A DNA stretch of 64,000 nucleotides, from assembly GCA_963675525.2 (NCBI GenBank), contig CAXXSL010000016.1, positions 998,007-1,062,006 of the forward strand, read 5' to 3'. The DNA is from Anaerohalosphaeraceae bacterium (lineage in GTDB: Bacteria > Planctomycetota > Phycisphaerae > Sedimentisphaerales > Anaerohalosphaeraceae). The position numbers and the translations under genes are program-made. Numbering within the stretch: the first letter of the stretch is position 1; every line of letters begins with the position of its first letter. Positions 21,959 to 32,300 of this stretch are shown piece after piece. The notes under the pieces are model-generated. The model was not told where the DNA came from, ran no database searches, and saw only the letters and a list, made by a program, of their open reading frames with translations.

Positions 21959-23595
21959 TGAATCAGCATGAATTGAAACAACTTTACGATTTAATTACGT
22001 TTTCTATCGAAGGTGTTATTACGCCGGAACAGTTTGCGGCTTTAAAGGCGATACTCCGCGAAAATCCGGAAGCAGTACAATATTATACTGATTATATGTC
22101 CATCCTTTCTGATATTCGTTCATCCGATTATTTTTTGGATAACAGCGGTTCTGAGCAGGAATTGTACGATCAACATTTATGGGACAAGTTGTCTGAGCAC
22201 GAGAAGACAGCGCCGACCGTTCATACTCCTCAGGAACAACCGCAGAGGGATCTCATTCAAAAGGTAGAACATCCCAGAGTCGATTATAAAGTCAGCAGGG
22301 GGACAATTGTTTCAATTATCAGTGCTGCTGCTGCGGTCGTCTTTATCGTTTTATTTGCTAAGTTTGCTCCGCCGAAGAGCGGGATTGAAGTTGCAACGTT
22401 GACAGACAGTATCAACGCAAAGTGGGCGAATATTGCGACACCCATAGAAAAAGGAACAAGGATAACACAAGGTAACGAACGGTTGCTGCTGAGGGAAGGG
22501 TATGCGGAATTGTTATTTGATACGAATGCTCGGATTGTGGTCGAAGCCCCGGCAGAATTTCAAATACTGGCTGAAGATCGGATTGGACTGACTTATGGCA
22601 AAGTGTACGCAATGGTTCCGAAAGAAGCCATTGGCTTTTCTGTTTATACACAAAATGCCAAGATTATTGATATGGGGACCGAGTTTGGTGTCGAAACCGA
22701 TTTCAGGGGAAATACACATCTGCATGTTCTCAAAGGGAAAACGATGCTGATTGCGGGTCGTCAGTCCGACAAAACAAGCATGGAGGTCACGAAAGGCGAA
22801 GCGAAGAACGTATCGGCGGTTTTCTCAGAAATATCAGATATTCCCTGCGATTCAGATTTGTTCGTACGGAACATTGATTCAAAAGTCGGCCTTGCCTGGA
22901 AAGGTCAGAACCATCTCGATTTGGCGGATATTGTCGGCGGCGGTAACGGATTCGGGACCGGTACGATCGAGAAGGGGATCGATCCGATCACCGGTAGGCC
23001 TTCAAAGGCAGTAACTAATGATAATGGACCGGCCACAAATGAATATCATCCTGTACCGTCTAACCCCTATATTGATGGTGTTTTTATTCCCAACGGTCGT
23101 ACACAACAGATCGTCAGTTCCCAGGGACATATATTCCAGGAGTGTCCGATTTCAAGCGGGGATTGGTATATCAGCTTTGACAATGTAATGAGACAGAATC
23201 CGACAGGCTCTGATTCCCCATACGTACCCTGTATAACGCAGCATGCTAATATGGGCGTTACGTATGATCTTCAGACAATACGTTCACTTCTTTTATCGGA
23301 GGTCAATATTGTTCGTTTCCAATCAAAGTGTGGAGTTGGTAAAGAAACTGACCGTCCGTGCAATGCTGATTTCTGGGTACTGGTGGATGGAAAAGTAAGG
23401 TACAAAAAAACACAGGTCAAAGAGAAAAATAAGTTTTTTACTATTGATATTGAGCTTTCAGAAAAGGACCGTTTTCTGACGCTTGTTACGACAGATGGAC
23501 AGGACCCGGAAGATCGGGTATTCGATGGCATAACTGTATCGACGATCGACAGTGATTGGTGCAGATTTGCTGACCCGATTCTGGTTTTGAAATGA
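21958..23595 (+). CDS. FecR-type anti-sigma factor with C-terminal NPCBM-like domain
   Basis: N-terminal anti-sigma helix, TM, FecR motifs (LREGYAEL.F, GFSVYT, DMGTEFGV, HVLKG), DLADIVGGG, ADFWVLVDG..RFLTLVTTDG..DWC.FADP. Confidence 0.88.
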   Translation: MNQHELKQLYDLITFSIEGVITPEQFAALKAILRENPEAVQYYTDYMSILSDIRSSDYFLDNSGSEQELYDQHLWDKLSEHEKTAPTVHTPQEQPQRDLIQKVEHPRVDYKVSRGTIVSIISAAAAVVFIVLFAKFAPPKSGIEVATLTDSINAKWANIATPIEKGTRITQGNERLLLREGYAELLFDTNARIVVEAPAEFQILAEDRIGLTYGKVYAMVPKEAIGFSVYTQNAKIIDMGTEFGVETDFRGNTHLHVLKGKTMLIAGRQSDKTSMEVTKGEAKNVSAVFSEISDIPCDSDLFVRNIDSKVGLAWKGQNHLDLADIVGGGNGFGTGTIEKGIDPITGRPSKAVTNDNGPATNEYHPVPSNPYIDGVFIPNGRTQQIVSSQGHIFQECPISSGDWYISFDNVMRQNPTGSDSPYVPCITQHANMGVTYDLQTIRSLLLSEVNIVRFQSKCGVGKETDRPCNADFWVLVDGKVRYKKTQVKEKNKFFTIDIELSEKDRFLTLVTTDGQDPEDRVFDGITVSTIDSDWCRFADPILVLK

Positions 23596-23746
23596 GTTAA
23601 GAACGTGTGGATGTAAATCTGCCTGTGAAGGCAGTTTGATTGAGTGATGTGAAGTGTGTGCGTTAGGGATGGTAATTGTTGGAAAGGATTCTGTGAGTGT
23701 GTGATGTAAGTTAAATATTCTTAATTATTTTTGGAGGTATGGAAAG

Positions 23747-24418
23747 ATGAAAAGAGTACTGTTTGTGTTAATGTGTGCATGCGCGGCAACAAGTTTTGGG
23801 GATATTATTTATGATAACCCCACCGGAGGCACGATGTGGGCATGGAACTGGGGCGATAATGGGATGACGCATACAGCCACGGAAGTGGATCTTGGTGGTG
23901 GAAACTATGTCGTTCATCATGAAGGCGTGGTTGATAATACCACCGGCGGAGACGTAAACTATCGATTTGGCTCAAAGTGGGACATCACGATGAGTGGAAA
24001 CACCAGTGCCGATCCGGCGGATTACACCATCTCGTATGATTTACGAAACGTTTCGGGCAACTGGGATCCTATGCCGTTAGCGCTTGCTGTCGTGACAGCC
24101 AACCCCGTTGCTGGTACAGACCAGTATGGACATGGTTATGCTGTTGTGAATCTTGTTCAAGCTGACGGTTGGGTCCACGTGGAATTCAATCTGGCGGATT
24201 ACGTCAATGACTGGTGGCAGGGTTCCGACTGGGACTTAACAAACGCCACATGGTCGGTTGAGGTTGGTATGCCGTGGCCGGGTATATCGACTCCCGATGG
24301 TACATCGTTTACCCAGGTGTGGGAAATGGATAATCTCCAAATCGATATGGTTCCGGAACCGGCGTCGTTAGTGCTGCTGGGTCTGGGTTCTCTGGCAATG
24401 CTCAGAAAACGTAAATAA
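23747..24418 (+). CDS. PEP-CTERM surface protein with a Trp-rich beta-sandwich-like domain
   Basis: GGAGG RBS, signal peptide, C-terminal VPEPASLVLLGLGSLAMLRKRK. Confidence 0.92.
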   Translation: MKRVLFVLMCACAATSFGDIIYDNPTGGTMWAWNWGDNGMTHTATEVDLGGGNYVVHHEGVVDNTTGGDVNYRFGSKWDITMSGNTSADPADYTISYDLRNVSGNWDPMPLALAVVTANPVAGTDQYGHGYAVVNLVQADGWVHVEFNLADYVNDWWQGSDWDLTNATWSVEVGMPWPGISTPDGTSFTQVWEMDNLQIDMVPEPASLVLLGLGSLAMLRKRK

Positions 24419-24432
24419 GTTTGGTCGTAACA

Positions 24433-24479
24433 CAGCCGAAAACTGCTGATGGATGTGCAATCCATCAGCAGACCGGCTG
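24433..24479 (+). other. Intergenic stem-loop without U-tract
   Basis: CTGCTGATGGAT (24443-54) / ATCCATCAGCAG (24460-71) perfect 12 bp, extended by CAGCCG/CGGCTG. Confidence 0.7.
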
Positions 24480-24568
24480 AAAGATGCAGCAATTAAATAA
24501 GAATAAATGGTCTGATGTTTTTGTTTAATAACCCTTTATATTAATATTGTTAGTTTAGGAGACCAAAA

Positions 24569-26701
24569 ATGAGAAGATTAATTTTATTAACAGCGATACT
24601 CGTTGCGATGTGCATCGCGACGAGTCAGGCAGTAGTCATCTATGATGCCCCCAACGGAGGCAGCATCTATGGCTGGAACTGGGGCACCGCTATATGCACC
24701 AGTGCCGCCGCGGAAGTGGACATCGGGGGTGGAAACATTGTCATTCGGCATACCGGCGTGGTGAGTAATACCACCGGCGCCGCCGCAGACGCCCGATACG
24801 GTTCAAAGTGGGATTTCACAGTAACTGGAAACACCAGTGCCGATCCGGCGGATTACACCGTCTCGTTTGATATTCGCAACGTCTCCGGCGACTGGGATCC
24901 TATCGATGAGGGGGTTGCTATTGTTACACCCAACCCTGCTGTTGGTACGGACCAGTATGGACATGGTTTTCCTGTTGTAAGTGTTGCTCAAGCTGACGGC
25001 TGGGTGCATGTGGAATTTAACCTGGCGGATTTCTCCAATGATTGGTGGCAGGGCCCCAATTGGGATTTATTGCAGTCCACGTGGTCTATGGAGATTGGTC
25101 AACCATGGCCGGGGACCTCTTTTCCCGATGGGACATCGTTTACCCAGGTGTGGGAAGTGGATAATCTCCAGATTGTCATGGGCGGGACTACAGAACCTCA
25201 CGATCCGAACGAAACGCCGCTAAATCTAGACGAATCAGTTGGAACGCCGATTTCGCAGACGCAGGCACAGGTAACACTTGGCTGGAATGCGGGCGGGGAT
25301 CCGAATATTGTGACCGATTACCCGGTGAATCCTGCGATCCTTGGTCATTACATCTATCTGTCACAGGGCATTCCTGCTGATGATCCCAATGTTTATATGA
25401 TTGATTATGTTGCGCAGGTTCATAATGCCGATTCCAACCTGACCGATCCGTATAATGAATATGGGCCGATCACAGTGGATCGAGGTGTTACGTACTATTG
25501 GCAGATCGAAGAAGCACTGGATGACGGTACAGGGAATCCTTATGGAGACGGTGATCCCAATAATATTATGGGGCAACTCTGGTCTTTCGATGTGATTGGC
25601 GCTAAGCCCACTATCCTGGCCGGTCCGGAAAATGCTCTTGCTGATTTCAGCGGTAACGCATCGTTTAGCGTCACGGCAGACTCTGCTGCGACTGATTACC
25701 GATGGTTCAAGGTTGGCACTCCGGATGTTCAGTTAAGTGATGGTGGCATTTACTCCGGAACCACAACAAATACGCTGGTTATCACCGGCTGTACAGTTGC
25801 TGATGAAGGTCTGTACTACTGCATTGCCTACAACGGTGATCCGGAAGCAGGAGGTCTTGCTTCGAATCCATCTAACTCGGCAATATTATGGTATCCGCGT
25901 CTGGTAAGCTACTATCCGTTTGAGACCGAAACCGCCGGAGTTACTCCAGACATTGTCAGCGGTTTTGATGCAGTACTGTCACAAGAAGCAGCCTCCGCGG
26001 GACTGCCGACTTTGAATGATGCAAACGCCATCGTGGGAACTTATTGCCTGCAGCTTGATAATGCTGATTATGCAACGGATCCCAATGGTCAATTTGCAAC
26101 GCTTCCGGCCGGAGTTGTCGATTACATAGATCTCACCATAAGTGCATGGATTCAACCCACCAGCAGTGTTGGATGGAGTCGTGCTTTCGATTTTGGCAAC
26201 GGTCAAAACGATTACCTATTTGTGACACCTGAAGCCGGTAATGATTGGGGTGTTTTACGTTTTGCATCCAAAGTCGACAACGGCGACGAGCAGGACCTGG
26301 TAGGTGACGGTCTTACTCCCGGTCAGTGGTATCATGTCGCGGTAACCATCACGGGTGATACAGGACGGTTATATCGCAATGGCCAACTCGTTGCGACAAA
26401 CACCGGAATGACGATTAATCCGATTGATGTCGGTGCTGTCTTGAACTACCTTGGCAAGAGCCAGTACCCGGACCCCGAATTCGACGGATTGATAGACGAC
26501 TTGAAGATCTACAACTATGCGCTCAGCGGCTATGATGTTGCTCAGGAATACATGACTGTTGCAGGCGGGTCGGTATGCGACTGGGAACACTATGATCAGG
26601 GGAACTATGACGTCAATGGCAACTGCATCATTGATCTGCCGGACTTTGCGGCCTTTGCTGCAAGATGGCTGGAAGATGACAATTTCTATCCTGCTCCGTA
26701 A
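24569..26701 (+). CDS. Secreted modular protein: paralog of the PEP-CTERM domain + Ig + LamG + dockerin-like/EF-hand tail
   Basis: N-domain about 66% identical (hand count) to the 23747 protein; YRWFK..DEGLYYC Ig; WYHVAVT..GLIDDLKIYN LamG; DVNGNCIIDLPDFAAFAARWL. Confidence 0.88.
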   Translation: MRRLILLTAILVAMCIATSQAVVIYDAPNGGSIYGWNWGTAICTSAAAEVDIGGGNIVIRHTGVVSNTTGAAADARYGSKWDFTVTGNTSADPADYTVSFDIRNVSGDWDPIDEGVAIVTPNPAVGTDQYGHGFPVVSVAQADGWVHVEFNLADFSNDWWQGPNWDLLQSTWSMEIGQPWPGTSFPDGTSFTQVWEVDNLQIVMGGTTEPHDPNETPLNLDESVGTPISQTQAQVTLGWNAGGDPNIVTDYPVNPAILGHYIYLSQGIPADDPNVYMIDYVAQVHNADSNLTDPYNEYGPITVDRGVTYYWQIEEALDDGTGNPYGDGDPNNIMGQLWSFDVIGAKPTILAGPENALADFSGNASFSVTADSAATDYRWFKVGTPDVQLSDGGIYSGTTTNTLVITGCTVADEGLYYCIAYNGDPEAGGLASNPSNSAILWYPRLVSYYPFETETAGVTPDIVSGFDAVLSQEAASAGLPTLNDANAIVGTYCLQLDNADYATDPNGQFATLPAGVVDYIDLTISAWIQPTSSVGWSRAFDFGNGQNDYLFVTPEAGNDWGVLRFASKVDNGDEQDLVGDGLTPGQWYHVAVTITGDTGRLYRNGQLVATNTGMTINPIDVGAVLNYLGKSQYPDPEFDGLIDDLKIYNYALSGYDVAQEYMTVAGGSVCDWEHYDQGNYDVNGNCIIDLPDFAAFAARWLEDDNFYPAP

Positions 26702-26729
26702 GCGTAACAGATCAGGATAATAACCAAGA

Positions 26730-26768
26730 AGGTTTCCGGGTATCTCAAATACCCGGAAACCTGATTTT
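26730..26768 (+). terminator. Intrinsic terminator-like hairpin
   Basis: AGGTTTCCGGGTAT-ctcaa-ATACCCGGAAACCT 14-bp perfect stem followed by gatttt. Confidence 0.7.
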
Positions 26769-27120
26769 GAATGTTAGTGACGATACAGTTTATAAAGAAG
26801 TTGTGATCATTTTATTGAGTTGACTATTTCTTGTTGTTCCGGTGTGGCAAACCATACCGAGGTGGTGTGTTATTAGGTAGTATTGTAAAAAATCGTCCGA
26901 TTACGGGGGTTTTCTATTTTATGGAATCATATTGATCATTGGTTATACTTTTCTTCCAATGTGACGTAATCATAAGAGAAAAACAAAGGTTGAACAAAAA
27001 GAAAAACAGATATTGCGGTTCAGAAATAATGGACTTGTAGAGTGAACATTAAAGACTTGGATTTCGGAACGAAACAGGCTATAATAAAAATAACTCTAAA
27101 TTGTTAATGGGTGGGAAATT

Positions 27121-29253
27121 ATGTTAAAACAAAGACATTCTGCATTGATTGTTGTTATCCTCTGTACACTTGGTTTTTGGATTAGCAGCACTTATGCCTG
27201 GCAATCTGATAACGGGGATGGTACCTACACAAATCCACCGCTTTACGCGGACTATCCTGATCCGGACATCATCCGGGTCGGTGAGTATTTCTACATGCTT
27301 TCCACGACGTTCGCCGATTCGCCGGGCCTTGTTGTTCTGCGGTCACAGGATCTGGTGAACTGGGACATCATCTCCCATGCCGCTTCGATTCTCGATATGA
27401 ATTCAGATTATGATATGCTGAATGGCACCACTGCCTATCGCAGGGGTATGTGGGCATCGAGTATTCGGTACTACAATGGAACGTTTTATGTCGTCGTGAA
27501 TCCGTGGGCTGCATCAGGTGCTCGCGTCTATTATGCCACGGATCCAGCCGGACCGTGGAATTATCACCAATTAGACCGTGGTGCACACGATCCCGGTTTT
27601 TTTATTGATGACAACGGAACGGGCTATATTTTTTACGGAGGCGGACCCATCAATGTTTTAACATTGAATTCAACCTATTCTGCAGTGGTGTCTCAGACAA
27701 ACAACGTGGTTGACAGCGGGGGGGAGGGGTCGCATGTGGTCAAGCGCGGCAGCTATTATTATCTTTTTAGTGCCAATCCAGGAACATGGCCGTTTCAGTT
27801 ACGGTGTTCGAGGGCGACAAGTATTTTTGGAATATGGGAAACGGGGCATATATGTCTGCTCGCCACGACCGGCGGGCACCAGGGTGCGGTTGTGGATATC
27901 GACGACAACAACAACTGGTTCGGTTTCGTTCACCAGGACAGCGGTTCCATCGGCCGCATGACACGAATCGGCCCGGTTTTCTGGGAAAATGATTGGCCTG
28001 TTTTTGGAACGCCGGGTAATCGTGATGTGATTGCTGACACCTATACGAAACCAATTGCGGGTAAGCCTTTGATGCAGCCGCCGACCTCAGATGATTTTTC
28101 GTCTTCAACGATGGGCTTGCAGTGGCAGTGGAACCACAATCCCGACAATACAAAATGGTCGCTGACGGAACGTCCGGGGTACCTCCGACTAAGATCAACT
28201 CAAGCGGATGGTTTTTGGACTGCCAGAAATACATTGACCCAAAAAGGACAGGGTCCATGGTGCCGCGGCGAAGTCACCCTGGATCTGCAAAATCTCCAGC
28301 CGGGGGATGTCTGCGGTTTCGGAACACTGGGTAAGTACAGTGCTCATATTGCCGTAAATTGCGACGGTGATGGGGATCTCTTCTTAAGTATGAAAGTTGT
28401 CGAGGATACCACAGGGGGCATTCAAACCGATACACGCGTTACATACGTACCTTTCCAATCCAATCCAATCATGCTGCGTATGGATTTGAATTTTGAGACT
28501 GATACGGGTCTTTTGTCCTACAGTTCCGATGGCTTGTCATGGACATCGCTGGGAGGGAATTTCCCTCTGGCTTTTGACTGGGCGACAGGTACCTTCCAAG
28601 GTGAAAAATTTGCCATTTTCTGTTATAATTCTAATCCGGCCGGCGGTTATGTGGATGTCGATTCCTTCACCTTTAGTGATACCTTACCTCTATCTCCTCC
28701 TCGCTCGGCCTATTCTCAGATCGAAGCGGAAGGTTCCAATGAACAGTCGGGAACCGATACCGAGACCTGCATTGAAGGCGGGCTGAATGTCGGGTGGATT
28801 GAAAATGGTGATTATCTTGTCTATGAAAGGATCGATTTCAGCGGCGGCGCGATGTCCTTTGAAGCCCGAGTGGCGTCGGACACCAGCGGCGGAAACATTG
28901 AACTGTACCTGGACAGCTTGACCGGACCGCAGATAGGAACCTGCGCAGCTCCAAACACCGGCGGCTGGCAGACATGGGAAACCCATTCCTGCCCTGTCGG
29001 CGGCGCAACCGGGATACATGACCTATACCTGAAATTTACCGGCGGTAGCGGTTACCTGTTTAATATCAACTGGTGGCAGTTCTTCCGTTATGGTGATATG
29101 AATCGTGACACTATTGTCAATACCGGGGACCTTCCGGAATTCTTTAGCTACTGGCTGCAGTTTGACTGCGATTTGGATTTAGATGGAGACTGTATAATCA
29201 CACTGTATGAATTTGCTGAGCTTGCCGCTAACTGGCTCGATGGCTCAGATTAA
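27121..29253 (+). CDS. GH43 xylosidase/arabinofuranosidase + C-terminal beta-sandwich + CBM6 + dockerin-like tail
   Basis: NPPLYADYPDPDIIRVG, WASSIRY, HDPGFFID, EGSH, QWQWNHNP, CBM6 ([16 protein letters not shown]), GDMNRD..DLDGDC. Confidence 0.9.
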   Translation: MLKQRHSALIVVILCTLGFWISSTYAWQSDNGDGTYTNPPLYADYPDPDIIRVGEYFYMLSTTFADSPGLVVLRSQDLVNWDIISHAASILDMNSDYDMLNGTTAYRRGMWASSIRYYNGTFYVVVNPWAASGARVYYATDPAGPWNYHQLDRGAHDPGFFIDDNGTGYIFYGGGPINVLTLNSTYSAVVSQTNNVVDSGGEGSHVVKRGSYYYLFSANPGTWPFQLRCSRATSIFGIWETGHICLLATTGGHQGAVVDIDDNNNWFGFVHQDSGSIGRMTRIGPVFWENDWPVFGTPGNRDVIADTYTKPIAGKPLMQPPTSDDFSSSTMGLQWQWNHNPDNTKWSLTERPGYLRLRSTQADGFWTARNTLTQKGQGPWCRGEVTLDLQNLQPGDVCGFGTLGKYSAHIAVNCDGDGDLFLSMKVVEDTTGGIQTDTRVTYVPFQSNPIMLRMDLNFETDTGLLSYSSDGLSWTSLGGNFPLAFDWATGTFQGEKFAIFCYNSNPAGGYVDVDSFTFSDTLPLSPPRSAYSQIEAEGSNEQSGTDTETCIEGGLNVGWIENGDYLVYERIDFSGGAMSFEARVASDTSGGNIELYLDSLTGPQIGTCAAPNTGGWQTWETHSCPVGGATGIHDLYLKFTGGSGYLFNINWWQFFRYGDMNRDTIVNTGDLPEFFSYWLQFDCDLDLDGDCIITLYEFAELAANWLDGSD

Positions 29254-29304
29254 CCGTTGTAAAGCTTCATCAGATAAGTATACTTTAACAGGGGGTAAAC
29301 AGTA

Positions 29305-32300
29305 ATGAGAGGAACTACAGTTAGAACGATCGACAGCAAGATGTTATTAAAAGTATTTGTTACGGTTGTCGTTTGTATGACGATTTCTCTAGCGTGGGGG
29401 GACTATCCGATTATGTCGCAACACTATGCGGCCGATCCCACAGCGGTTGAGTGGAATGGGCGGATATACGTTTATTGTTCCAATGATGAAGAAAATGGTG
29501 AAGATACCGGTTACATCATGGATTCCATCGCTTGTTTCTCGACGGATGACCTGAAGAACTGGACGGATCACGGTGTGGTTTTTGATGCGGATGAACTTTC
29601 CTCATGGTATTCAGGTACTGCGTGGGCCCCATGTATTGCCGTAAATAACGGCCAGCTTTACCTTTATTTTGGAGATGCTGGTCTGGGTATTGGCGTTGTA
29701 ACGGGCAGTTCACCAACCGGCCCCTTCACGGCTCCAAAGAATAGCCTGGTAGTCAGCCGGAGCACTCCGGGTGCGGACAGTGTCTGGCTCTTCGATCCCG
29801 GTGTATTCGTTGATGATGACGGCACGCCCTATATGTATTTTGGCGGGGAAGGCGCCGATCAGTGTCGCTATATTGAACTGAATCCAAACATGTATGATTC
29901 AGTCGGTTCGGCCGTTCCGATTTATTTCCCTGATTTCTTCGAAGCATCGCACATGCACAAATACAATGGCACATATTACCTTTCTTATGCCGATAATTAT
30001 AACAGCGACTATACCGATCCGACACCGACCCCCGGGTCTCAGATTGCGTATATGACCAGTTCCAGCCCTACGGGCCCATTTACATATCAGGGTGTTGCTC
30101 TTGGACCTCCGGCTGATAACTATGGAAACAACAATCACCATACATTTTTCACTTATCAGGGACAATGGTATTGCGTGTATCACAACCGCTATCAAGCCGG
30201 GATTGACGGTGTTTCGACCACGGAGCATCGGAACATCTGCCTGGACCGGATGTACTATAATCCTGACGGAACCATACAGCAGATTGTCCCGACCCAGGAT
30301 GGATTAACTCAGTTAAAAAACCTGAATCCATTTGTCCGGGTTGAAGGGGAGACACTGAATGCACAGAGCGGACTCAATACCGAAGTTTGCAGTGAAGGGG
30401 GTATGAATATAACCGATATTTCGAATGGCGACTGGGTCCGGATTCGCGGTGTGGATTTCCTGACCGGTGCCAATAGCTTTGAAGCCAGTGTAGCCAGTAT
30501 CAGTTCCGGGGGAAACATAGAGCTGCGACTGGACAGTCTCACCGGAACACTGATTGGAACTTGTGCTGTTGGGAATACAGGAGGCGATCAAACATGGACG
30601 ACGGCTGTTTGTGCTGTCAGCGGCGTTTCCGGGGTTCATGACCTGTACCTTCGTTTCACGGGCTCTGGTGACGATCTGTTTAATCTGGACTGGTGGCAAT
30701 TCCAGACCGAATCATTAGCTTTTGCAAATATTAGTGTAAATGCTTCTACCGTCTATCAGACAATCGAAGGTCTTGGCGGGGCGGTGTGTTTTTATAACGG
30801 CTGGTTTACGGCCCATCCCTATAAGCAGGAAATTTTTGACGATGCGTTCAGCGGGCTGAAGATTTCGATGCTGCGGCTGGGAAACTGGTGGCGTGGCACT
30901 GACGGTCAGGATACTGCGACATATGAAATCGTTTCGGCGGCGAATCAGCGGCTGAATTATTCAGTCCCGATTTTGATGAGTTCGTGGTCGCCGCCGGCAT
31001 ACCTCAAAAGTAATGGCGAGGTGGGCAATGGTGGAACACTGATCCAGATAGACGGCGAATACGATTATGCAGGGTTTGCGGATTATTGGTATGATTCCCT
31101 TCAGGATTATATCGCTCACGGTGTAACACCAACCTGGATCGGCATCCAGAACGAACCGGACTGGACGGCGGGTTACGATTCCTGCCGATTTGATCCAACG
31201 GAGGATCAGTACGCCAGCTTTGCCCTGGCACAGGATGCGGTTTATCAAATACTTCAGGCGAACATGGCATCGTCTCCCAAATTGCTGGGGCCCGAGTGTG
31301 TCGGTCTTTACGGTAACGCCGCCGGATTACAGAATTATATGGCGCAAATGAATCCCAACACCTTTTACGGAATTGCGCATCATCTCTACGGCGGCAGCAC
31401 AGATGGCACTCCGGATGGATACAACTCCGCGTTTACGGCGGTATTGAATGCTTCAAATAATCTTTTCCCCGGAAAACCAAGATTCATGACGGAATTTGGC
31501 GACATCAAAGGGTTGATCCCCTGTGCGAATCTGATCCACAACTCTCTGGTTGTCGAGCAGGTCAGCGGATACAACCACTGGTGCCTGATGTGGCCCGGAG
31601 ATATCGGGTTGGTTGAAATTGAAAATCCCTTTGATCAGGGTAATTGGACTACTCAAAATGGATACTGGCTCAATCCCTCGTACTGGTCCATGAAACATTA
31701 CTGTTACTTCATTCGACCCGGATACAAACGGGTTCAAACCACTTCCACTGATTCCGATGTGTTGGTGTCATCGTATCTGTCGCCGGATGATAAAAAACTT
31801 GTCACCGTATTTATTAACCGCAATACAGCGGATCCGGTTTACACAACATTGAATACCGGCTCGTTTCAATATGATCAATCGAGTGTTTACCAGACTGAAG
31901 GCGAAAATCACTTCGTTTCTCTCGGTCCGGTTTCCGGTTCGCAATTAATATTACCGGCCTCGTCGGTCACGACCGTTGTTCTTAACCGAAATGCTCCGCT
32001 TATACCGACGGGCTTGATTGCAACTGAACTTTCAAGCACCCAGATCAATCTGACGTGGACAGGTTCAGCCGGCGCGACAAGTTACAACATCAAACGATCA
32101 ACGACCAGCGGTGGTCCTTACACAACCATTGCTGGGGATATACCCACTGCGGCTTTCAGTGATACCAGTGTGATTCAGGGAACGACTTATTATTATGTCG
32201 TCAGCGCAAACACGGCAGAAGGCGAGAGTTACGACAGTGATGAAGCGACGGCGATCAGTCTGCATGCGTATCTGAAGTTTAATGAAACCAGTGGCACCAC

